Of a DNA stretch of 58,995 nucleotides, positions 48,801 through 58,995 are shown piece by piece. The translations under genes were made by a program, and so were the position numbers. Each line of letters begins with the position of its first letter. Position 1 is the first letter of the stretch. Location: positions 1-58,995 of the forward strand of contig JYFJ02002324.1 in the NCBI GenBank assembly GCA_000934665.2, given 5' to 3'. A model generated the notes under the pieces. The model was not told where the DNA came from and made no database searches. It worked only from the letters and a program-made list of their open reading frames with translations. This DNA is from Catajapyx aquilonaris (lineage: Eukaryota).

Positions 48801-51012
48801 AAATAAAGATCTGACGTCCGCGCACCTATCGTGGTTAAGGCTGGAATTTTCCTGGCCTCCTTATCTCATATGCCTGTGAAGTATTACCGGTACTGTGCAA
48901 TAAAGGAAAGGGGTAGCGACCTATTGGAATTTACGACCTAAACCCCGATGACGTTATTTGTTTTCCCAGTGGTGTACTTATGTACTTATCTTACGCACTG
49001 TGCAGCAACAACATGCAGGACAACATGGTTACAAATTCTTTGAATTGCACGTGCAAGATTGAGGTGGCTTAATAGATATTTTACGTAGGTTTCTTCAGAC
49101 TTTTTAACGGGTCGTTAACAGGGTTAGTTTTTTAACAATACGTTAAAGACCGGGAAAACCCGCCAGGAGTGGTGCCTATCGCGATTTTTAATCTTGTTCT
49201 GAATCTAAGAAAGCTACATAAGAATTATGGTGTCAATACAAGCTTATCAACTCTTACCACCGTAGCCGGTAATGGCATTACATTGAGGTTTTAACAAATG
49301 ACTGTTTCGCTACTTCAACACAGATAGTCTACACACAGTTACCAGCTGGAGAAATCATAGGTCATGTTTATCTTGTAATTCCACGACCACGACATGCAGC
49401 TACTAACCGCGTTTAATAATCTATACTACTGATAAGAAACTGATTACTGCATATAGCTCACTTAATTTTTGCTATACCCATTTGCAATACAATACGGTCA
49501 TTTTATGTACACTAAGGGGGTTATCATGCAAAATAAACAAACATGAGCCAGATAGAGTACATTTTTGCCAAGGACGCAAACAGTAGCATCATCGTATCTT
49601 CGTATCCATAGCGATAATCCAAAAGATGCTCCAACACTGAACGTGTCCTTTTTTTTCCCGTCTTCCGCCATCAGAAAAACAAAGCAAGCAAATGTTTCCT
49701 ACGTGTGCCATGGCCAATGCAACAAAACGCATATCTGCTATGCAAATATAAAACTTATCCGCATATTTAAAAAATAGTCTTTAATTGTAATTGCGACACA
49801 TTAATATTTGGAAAGCTAATTAATCTACAGTGGCGAGGATGAAAGGGCATCACATTTTCTCACCCGTAGATTGTATACTGCGGTGTATACGATGATATTT
49901 ACTACTGAAAAAATTACAGGTTTATTGACACTATTCCACACGAAGCTATTTCTCAAGTGAATCACTCGGATTTTATGGAGGCGTATGACATCGGCAATGC
50001 CCATAAACTATTTGGCGGTAAAAATACTGTAACATCGTCGTACCCGTTAGAAATACGATAATCACGTTGGTACGGTCCCGGTCTTAATTTAACATCCTTC
50101 TTTGAAAGGATGTTTCTTCGTTGCATCAGGATTTAGTGAGCTGATTAAATTTACAAGCATATTTCACAAGAAATAGTCATTTCACCCGCGTTAAGTCCCC
50201 ATAAGCAAATAAGGGATTGACAAATGAATAACTAATCTGGTGACTAATGTAAATCCCAACTTAATACTGAGATTAGGCGCAGAAAAAAAGAGTGGTCAAT
50301 CACCCGAGTGCTGGAGGTTAATACTTCGACCAGGATTACAGCTAGAGAATAAGCCTATACATTATTACATATACTTTCTGCTGTATAGGAAATTCTTTAG
50401 ATACGTTACGCTAGATCCATATCAGAAATAAAACCACCATGAACTGGATACTCTTGTTATCTTTCACGGTCACATAAGAAGGAAACTTCCTTCTTTATTT
50501 TCCATAAAATTTCACCTATAGAGCCCATTCACAGGTACGACATGTATTTATGGGCGATCCCTTTACAAAAAAAGGTATACTATACATGTATACCCCGAAT
50601 TGACGTAAACACTTGGCAGAGTGCGCACGCTATGGCTAATATACCCGTTATATTCGTAAAAAAGCCAATCGATAACCATTTTGAAAGTCTCCGGCTGTAG
50701 TTTTCCTTCCTGACAAACAAAACTCTAAACGCATGTAAAAAAATCCGGACAAAAAATGATCATTCACAAACATGCAGATAACTCCATCAGTTGACAATCA
50801 TGGCACACAATATTATTGAACGACACGTACACATAATGATACGGCACGTTGCAAAAAAAAACCCTCAAAAAATTAACTTACGGATTTTCCTGGTTGCCAA
50901 AGTCTCCCAGGTTCTTTGGGTCTGCTTCGTAAGCTGCCATCCTGTCTTTATAATTACCGTTCTCCAGGTAGCTGTGATTGCCGTTTGGAAAAGAAACTCC
51001 GTTCTGATTCAT
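45869..51012 (-). CDS. PNP: Purine nucleoside phosphorylase (327 aa)
   Basis: Exons 51012-50882, 48408-48314, 47307-47129, 46561-46386, 46329-46139 and 46080-45869 total 984 nt in phase. Motifs [54 protein letters not shown] and ANHEEV are present. The first exon is inferred from phase match and a GTAAGT donor. Confidence 0.95.
46710..47079 (-). mobile_element. tRNA-derived SINE family C, full length, in a PNP intron
   Basis: Minus-strand GGTGGCTGAGATGG...GGTTCGATCCCC with 18-bp TSD TTATTGTAATTATAATAT at 46692-46709 and 47080-47097. Confidence 0.88.
47666..47739 (-). mobile_element. tRNA-like SINE head, family E
   Basis: TAGCTCAGTTTGGAAGAGC...GGTTCGAATCCTGGTGAAAG, homologous to 13475-13543. 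Confidence 0.55.
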
Positions 51013-51099
51013 GTTGGAGAGAAGAGTTAAAATGGCTAGCGACTTAGAGGAAGACTTCTGTCAGTGCGACTCTCTAAGTGCTGTGCTAGTGTCGAAATG

Positions 51100-51175
51100 A
51101 TAAGACTGGAGCTTGCACATGAGGTTTTTATCTTACGCTTGTCAAAAGGTCACGCCCCTGGGGTGAACCAATCAG
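51100..51175 (-). promoter_or_regulatory. Putative PNP core promoter
   Basis: CCAAT at about 51168, TATA-like GATAAAAA at 51132-51125 and Inr-like CCAGTC about 25 nt downstream, roughly 95 nt before the ATG. Confidence 0.3.
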
Positions 51176-51341
51176 AGGGCGAAGAAACAGGGTCTTGGAA
51201 TCCAGCCAGGACATATCGTTATAGTTCTTATTGGTCTTCGACACTGGCGTGATGTCCAATATGATGGATTAATCGACCACGATTGCGAAAGGTTTGTTTA
51301 GAAGAATAAATACTTTCTTACTATTGCATTTTTAAAAAAAA

Positions 51342-51394
51342 TTCCTTATCGCTCACAGTGCACAAGTGCCTTGTGCACTGTGAGCGATAAGGAA
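51342..51394. repeat. Perfect hairpin (25-bp arms, 3-nt loop) upstream of PNP
   Basis: TTCCTTATCGCTCACAGTGCACAAG-TGC-CTTGTGCACTGTGAGCGATAAGGAA. Confidence 0.75.
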
Positions 51395-54300
51395 ATTTTT
51401 CACTTAAACAGTCGTAAAAAGTATTTTTAAAACCATTTCAGTGTTGAAATTCCAGCAAAGCACATGACCACATATCTTCTTAATTGAAACAAGTGCACAG
51501 TTTATGACAGGCTGCCTTTTTTTTTCTAAGTCCGAAGTTCAAAGATCAAACAGCGATTACACCATACATCAATAATCCTCCAACTTCATCAATGTAGTGA
51601 CGATAAAAAGTGCCGGATAATTTCCAAGGGTCCTCAATGAATTCTCCCACCATCATACAGGCCATGTAAACGTACACATTTTACGGAATAAGTCCATATA
51701 AATATTAATAGTGATGGCCAAACTCATGGAACAGAAAATAAAACAGAGACAAAAAGGTCCTTCAATAATTCTAATTTTATGCACTAGCAATAAAATACGA
51801 GGACTATTAGCTATATAATTCGGACTATACACTCGATCTAAAGTCAGCATGCCATGAAAGTCCCGTTTTTAACTTTATCGCAATTTCGGGTAATTACAGA
51901 TAATAAATACTTCCTCGGTATCTCCCCAATCGGCACTGACGTAAATCACTGATAAAAGATACAGTCACTGCCAAAGTAAAAATTCGACCCGTCTATCAAC
52001 TGATCTCAAATATGGAGCCATCAGGTCTATAGTATATATAATAGGTCTATATGCAATTTCTATCACCCGTTAAAAATCACATCTGCAAAAGAATCAAAAC
52101 AAATATAAACTAAAATAAATGCATCTGCCATATTCCACACCATGAATGCACATAAGTCATATTCCAACATTTAGGGCGTACGTGCAAAACCATCACCCGG
52201 TATTACCCCGCTCCTTACCCATTTTCCCCGCTAGAAAATTGCAGGCTTCCTTGAAAGAAACCTGATTAGCTGCCATTCATCTGACCACACAAGGAAGCAC
52301 ACACAAAAAAAATGCACAGCCAGCACCCGCATATTATTATCAGTATCGTAGTATTATAAGTATCAGTATTATCAGCACCACTCAACTTCCTACGACCCCG
52401 TTCCTAACTCTATCTGCTAATCTCACATTGCAATAACATGGTCCAAAGTCAGCTTATCAATGAAGTTAAAATGCAAATAAAATCAGCGCAATATTTGCAT
52501 ACCATCAACGAACAGGTGCATCAGTTTAAAACTACCCGACCTTGACTCCTTATAAAAATCGCATGCTAATCACAGGTTAATTACTCAAAACCTGATATCG
52601 CCCCCCTCTTCTCTCATTATATATAAAAAAAACTACTTCCTCCTAATCGCCAAACCGTAACCGATGATTTGCATCTGTTGTTACGTTGTAAGCGTGAAAA
52701 AGAGCGCTTTCGGACATGAACCGAAAAACCTCCTGTAGTCGCGTGTCTATTGTATACGCGTGATACTAGAGAAGCTTGAAAGCAGGATAAACGGATGAGG
52801 TAATCGCCGTAATGTAGGCAAGGACGTGTACGTCACTCTTGACAATGCACGTTCAAGGTTTTTTTCCACTATACGTTTTCCTCTTCACCACTTCGTATAG
52901 TGTAACTATAACCTATAAATTACCTGTTTAGTTCCCTGGTGCTGGAACAATACTGGGAGCATTCCTTTGATAAAATGGTCCTATATATAATAAAAAGAGG
53001 TGCCATATCGCACATCTTGACGTATATTTTCAAATCTTTTCCTCATTCAAATCGTGGAAAAAATAAATCAGGATGGACTGCAAATTGTAAACATGTGATA
53101 TCAAAGAATAGTGACGAATATCTGGAGGTGACCTTTGAGCGTGATATAAAAATTGCACCAAGATAATGTCGTGCATACATGCGAGCATTGGGCGAATTTT
53201 AACCACCCAGGTCATTTGCCGGGCGGTAAACCCCATGTCTCAAACAGGCCGGAAGTATAGAACCAAAAATAGTCTCCCCTACACACTTTTTCAGCATAGT
53301 GTATCAGGTGCATTTAGGAAGCTGGGTTCTTCTGATATATCGACAGCATCCGAAGGACGCCCCCAAAATCGATGAAACGTCTCATTGTACTATACACACT
53401 ATTATAGTGATGAGCTAGTACAAGACTTTTAAAAAAGAGATTCGGTAGATAGGATGGCCTTCTACTCCCCCAACTCTCCCCCCACCTACCACACCCGACT
53501 CTTCCATTTCCCCCAACACCCTTACCTACCCTCCCCGTCGACCACCCCCGCCCCTGGCCTTCCAATGTAATGTTGGCGCAGGCTCTTTTCGGCCTAGTCC
53601 CAACTCTACCATCGCAAAGTCCAGGACTAAAAACCGACAGCGCTTCTCCTAAAAATCTCCATCTTCCCAGATATGTCTGGCAAGGTGAGTTTTCCCACCT
53701 GGGGGGGTCAAAGTTCAAATCACTAATATCGGGAATATAGGTATAGAGATGATGGATGGATGCTGGGATGCTATATTAGTATAGAGAGTCATTGCACTAA
53801 ATATGTAATGAAAGGTAGTTATGTACTTTTTGGGGCGTGGCGCTTAATTATTGATCTTTGTAGGTCTCAAAAGTTTCTAATTTGGTACGATATCAATGTT
53901 TGGCTACGAAACTACATAACTGCTAAAAAGAGCGATAACAATCATCCGGAAATTAGATTTCATTCTAACTACGCACATATGTACAAATTGATGCTTCCGA
54001 CCAATTATGTGCGTGACATTCGCCCTTTTTTTTCCCCCTACACACCTGTTATGCAATTTCATGCACGAGCACGCTTCGAAAAATGACTGTACTACTCTTG
54101 TGGTATCACGTTTCTTCCAACATTTTCTGTGCGGTTTGGTGGATATGTGAACGATATATGTGAAGGTATGTGGGGGGCACACGACACGCGGATCGATGAT
54201 GTTGTGTTGAGCTGCGTTGGAGGCGACACGCATGTTCGTATTGATACGGGGACTCGGAAACTGATTCGACCTCCAAACCGTTTCAGAACGCGTCATATGC

Positions 54301-54543
54301 GGAACTATGAATCATAGTATGATCTAACCGAATATTCAGGTTGCAGATAGTTTATTGACACTATATTGAAGGGGATGAACAGTCTCCAAATCGATTTCCC
54401 CGTATGATTAATAATCTACTGGGTGCGTGTGGCGGGAATTCTAAGGTTTCCTATTGGCTGGTGTGCATGTAACGACATGCATATATGCACGGAATTTTGG
54501 TGTAAAAGGGGGTAGTTGTATAGTAAATTACGCGCATAGAAGT

Positions 54544-54641
54544 CAGGCCGTGGAACTTGGGTATTCACGTCACTAGCTTTTCCATTGCTATTTTCATTGT
54601 CGGCATTGTGACGTCAGTGCCCAAGTTCCATTACCGGCCTG
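54544..54641. promoter_or_regulatory. Small inverted-repeat element containing a CRE palindrome at the putative TPPP promoter
   Basis: CAGGCCGTGGAACTTGGG...CACGTCAC / GTGACGTCA...CCCAAGTTCCA...CGGCCTG, with TGACGTCA at 54609-54616. Confidence 0.45.
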
Positions 54642-55426
54642 CTGTAACGAGCTGCTCAGAATCAACATTTTCCTAGCTACTCGAGAAACACGACTTCGTA
54701 GCACCTACTTGAGGTAAGGAACAAAGGGGGAAATAATGTAATCAAATCAAACCAATGCATTTCCGTATGAAAGAGATAGTGCTGCAGCAGGTGATGTTAA
54801 CTAACAAATGCAACTACAATCAGTATAGGCAACATGCTAAAGAGAGGCTATTTAGTTTGTTTTGTCCACGAGTCGGCAGCTCAAGGTTTATGTACTATTT
54901 GCGCCAAGTTTAAAAGTCAAGTGTGTGTGCATTTCTGCAATAGAAAAGCAGCGAGCTTTTCGTATGGCTGATAACTACTTTAAAAATAAGGAAAAGTTGC
55001 ATTAATCAAGATTTGACAATCTTGCTGCAAGTGATTATTAAGCTTTTAGAAACGCGGTAGCGAGCAACACCTGACGTAACCACCAGATATTGAAACCCAA
55101 TTACTCATCAAAACTGACAGGGGGGAACTGTAATTTTAAGTATTCATTACGGAACATGCCCGGCGATAATGACACCAACTGAGAATGGAATTATAGGCAC
55201 TAACGAGGCCAGGGATCAAATCACGGCATTTATTTATAGCACTATTTTTTAAAAAAATTCTCCAAATGACGTCATCTTTGTTGTCTCGTTATTGTGAAAT
55301 GCTTGGTTATGACCGCAATGGTGACAACATTTGGAATTTACATTTACGTAAGGACAATACTTTCCTTCGGCTATTTCGCTCAGTACTAATTAGCCTACAT
55401 ATAATTATTGCTCGTTATGTTTTCAG

Positions 55427-58158
55427 ATGACCGAAGAGGCTGCAGGTTCCTCGTCGGCAATACCAACCATAGAGCAGCAATTCGCAGCTTTCGCCAAATT
55501 CGGCGACATCAAGTCTGACGGCAAAACTATCGCACTTTCTCAAGCTGACAAATGGTTCAAGCAGGCCAAAGTCATCGATAAGAAGATCACCACCACCGAC
55601 ACGGGCATCCACTTCAAGAAATTTAAGTTGGTATCAAATTATCAAAATTTGCCAAAAAAATTTGCTAGTTCTTGATGGCGACAGCTCTTATGGCACATAG
55701 CCAGTTATCTATTGTGAAACTATAAAACCAACAATAGTATGCCTATTTTTTTTTCTGTCGACAGTCACAGCTGTCCCAATTCCAATGCATTTCCGCCCAC
55801 CCTTGGCGACGTACAAATTTAAACCAGAACACGTCCTCATTCCCAAATCTGGACCCATCCCAAAAAAAAAACTCGTGCCCTAGCTTCCAAAACAGTTTAT
55901 GAAAAGTAAAGAGCGAACAATCCGACCCTTGGAACTGAATCCGTTTTTTGCACGCTAAATGATCGCTATCAAGATGAAATCATAGACATCGAGGGCGACT
56001 CTAATAAATTGCTATACGAGTCCCTTGACTCAGCTCCTTATGGCCCATGGTCTATACAGAGTGTGCATATCGATCCAAATTTCGTGACGAAAGGGCATTT
56101 GGACTCTCTCCCCTCCTCCATCTTCCCTCCCCGCCATACCCCCCATTCCCCTGAGAGTCATTGCATGGATGACTCGCCCTCTGTGTGAGAATTTCCTGAC
56201 GCCATTTATAAACCTGCCTTATAATTTGCACGTGCTTGACATTCAGGAGTAGGCCTAATGATGAATATAATAAATACGGAAGTGCTGAAAGCAATTTGTT
56301 GCCTACTACTTGATCTGAATTTATGAATTTATAGATGTCACTTGAGTGAGTCATGATCAGGGTTCCAAGTTGAGGGAGGCAAATAAAATGGAGAGTAAAC
56401 AAGTAGGGCATAGAACCCTTTATAATCTATGCACGGATGACTTTTAGAGTCAAAAATATGTAACTGAGACGTCTTTGTGAATTTATTGCATAGCTATATA
56501 AACCAGCGAAATGGCATTGCCCTGATAGTTATATCAAGTAGATGTGAGGACAGAATTTCCGAAGGCGATTTGTGTATACCGCGGTATACCCCCTAAAAGG
56601 GCTCCGGCCTATCGTGGGGTCGAATAAATAAAATAAATATTTATTTATTTATTATTTATTATTATTCTTATTATTCTCATTATTATATTTTATATAAATA
56701 AAATAAATGTTTATTTATTTATTATTTATTAACGCCCTTTAGGGGGTATACCGCGGTATATAAATCGCCTTCGGAAATGTGATTTGAAAGTGACTTGTGT
56801 AGTCATCGTTCCGCAACAAAACTATCGTTGCTTTTTTCTTCCTTGAAAAATTAAATGGTACCAAATATTGCGCTTAATTCCTGAAATAATGGCGACATCA
56901 ATGTGGCTGAGGATCGCGATTTGGTTATGTTCATTACACAACTGAATAGAACAAGGTTGAAGGTCAAGGCAATTAATGGAATTAAAATGTGTCTGTTCTT
57001 GGTATATCAACTTCACACTTTACCCCGCATTATTGTTTGATGGGCCCGGATGAACTTTTCAGGTACCACTACCGTATGACTGTAACGATGGTGGTGTGCC
57101 AGAAACTTTATATTTAAAAAAATACAGTATCCAGATGCTCCAAATGAAAATGTCCGTTCCGGAAATTTTTCGCTATAAGCTGCTTATTTTTAAACAGTTA
57201 TTTGCAGAAGTTGCTCTATTGGATCATTCAGTTTCGTGTAATTTTCGGCAGGGCGTATCTGAAACAGCGAACATTTCACTTTCCCATGTGGTTGAGTGGC
57301 ATTTAATGTGCAAATCTCGTTCTTAAGGGTAGTTGTTATCGAAGGAAAGAGTCACGTTTGAGTCTAATTATTGTTGGTAACGTGTATGTAATATCCTGCC
57401 TGATTTATACCTTAGGAGTCGCGTGTCTTGGGTTACAACAGGTATTTATGTAATAATAAGTTGCAGGCCCTTGAATAATTTTCAGTAGACCTACACAGAA
57501 CACAGTGTACTGATTGAAGGTAAAGTCATGTTAACAATTTGCCACTGTATTATCCATTTGCGGCTACTGTTAACTTGCAATTCCTTGATAATGTTAAGAA
57601 AGAATATAAATTGCACATTCAACCAAAGTGGGACTAGGATCGGTTTCAGGATGGATTTGTGAATGTGTACCATAATTTTAGTGGAGTTTGCAGCTAACAA
57701 TATCAGAAGCTAAAATGAAACTCCTGTGTTCTGATTTCTGAGTTCTGAAAAGCAGAGGTTTAAATTCGCAAATTCAATTAGCCTATTTTCATCTTTCAAA
57801 TTGCCATAGGGGAGATTGGAAGGTGTAAGAATTTGTACATATTTTGTCCTAGACACTTTAATTTTTCATAATGGCAGCAGGTGAATATGAGAATTCAATT
57901 CACAGCCTACGTACTATACCCACACTCTCCACCTCTAAAGTAATTGAAAATATTACTACACATAATTATATGAACAACCTGTCATTTTAATGGCCAATTT
58001 ATAATCTGTGGCATGTTTCTATTTGCAGGGCTACCAAGATTGGAATGGCTGACTTCCAAAAGTACATCGACGACCTGGCTAATGCCAAGAAAGTGGACGG
58101 TGCTGAGATCCGAAAAAAACTGACCACTTGTGGCCCACCAGGCTTTTCCAAAACTACA
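55427..58158 (+). CDS. TPPP: TPPP/p25-alpha family tubulin polymerization-promoting protein, 5' part; continues beyond the window
   Basis: Exons 55427-55626 and 58029-58158 joined in phase 2. [47 protein letters not shown]...KLTTCGPPG is the p25-alpha domain. A probable non-coding first exon ends at 54713 (GAG|GTAAGG). Confidence 0.93.
56555..56778. mobile_element. Foldback MITE with AT-rich core in a TPPP intron
   Basis: About 48-bp TIR ATTTCCGAAGGCGATTT.T.TATACCGCGGTATACCCCCTAAAAGGGC. Confidence 0.75.
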
Positions 58159-58604
58159 GTAAGTTGCATCTCATCTAGACCACGCATAACTATTTTGTTT
58201 AATTGGTTAACACACGAAGAAAAAATTGGCGAAAGGTGACATCTGGCCAAGTTTGTAACAACCAATAATGAGCAAGTAATGTTAACATTGATTCCAATAT
58301 TTTATTGAAATGTCATAAGAGGGAAGTCAGTTACTTTCCCATGAATTACATTATAACTTGTCCAAATACGTGCCTGGTTCAGGCCTGGTTACACTTTATC
58401 AGATACAGCAACTCGCATATCAAAATGCAGGTTCCTATCTTGGACGTTGCAAAACTTATCAGTGACTATAAAAACTAACCAATAAGTTGCAGCTGCAATT
58501 GTTTCTGTAGGCTATGTGGTCATTACAGTCAGAACAGGAGCACAAGTACCTGTATGCCAAAATATGTGCCTCAAAGGACATGGCACAAAATGTATGGGCC
58601 AGTG

Positions 58605-58890
58605 GCCTTCCATTCGATTTGCCTGAAAATGGGATATGTTGTAGCCCAGACCGTCCTGCGATCAATGTTGGATACGAACATTTCAAGGTAGGACCTACAT
58701 GGAGCATGCTAATGACCTCCGAAGGTAATATGGGGAGTATAGTAACTACTCCCCATATTATATTAGTATGCTCCCTGTACGTCCTACCTCGAAATCCCCT
58801 TAGGACGGTCTGACCTACAACATATCCAATTTTCAGGCAAATCGAACGGAAAACCAGACCATGTCCCACAGTACCTTCGGAGGTCAATAG
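58605..58890. repeat. Inverted-repeat element in a TPPP intron
   Basis: TTCGATTTGCCTGAAAATGGGATATGTTGTAG..CAGACCGTCC is mirrored at about 58802-58850, and TGACCTCCGAAGGTA is mirrored at about 58872-58887. Confidence 0.6.
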
Positions 58891-58995
58891 TACTTGCCCT
58901 GATCTGAAAATATTGGGACACCCCCAAAAAATGGAGTGGTGGGGTTATACACAGGATGTGATAAAAAGCTTCCATTAAGATTATCTGGACTTTAG

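Noticed and set aside
49255..49370. Alternative PNP first exon with a GTAAG donor
   Set aside because: No ATG-initiated frame is compatible with the phase-2 junction; it would create a TGA.

Overview
Eukaryotic, almost certainly invertebrate (probably arthropod) genomic DNA with compact spliceosomal genes. The minimal intron class is about 52-66 nt, and the larger introns are filled with non-autonomous transposons. Genes reconstructed by splicing exons by hand: the 3' part of LRSAM1 (+, 9 exons, one GC-AG intron), POLE3/CHRAC17 (-), a divergent SLC13/Indy-like transporter (-), purine nucleoside phosphorylase PNP (-) and the 5' part of TPPP/p25-alpha (+), which is head-to-head with PNP. Between SLC13 and PNP lie a dimeric satellite-like array, a decayed SPOP-like BTB pseudogene and a 3-exon orphan gene with SIM-like and NLS-like motifs. 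Repeats include about five tRNA-derived SINE families (one with a V-domain-like core), Harbinger-, Tc1/mariner-, piggyBac-, hAT-, Sola2- and Kolobok-like MITEs, and a nested non-autonomous Helitron. No CRISPR array, rRNA or convincing true tRNA was found. All family assignments come from recalled motifs, not from database searches.
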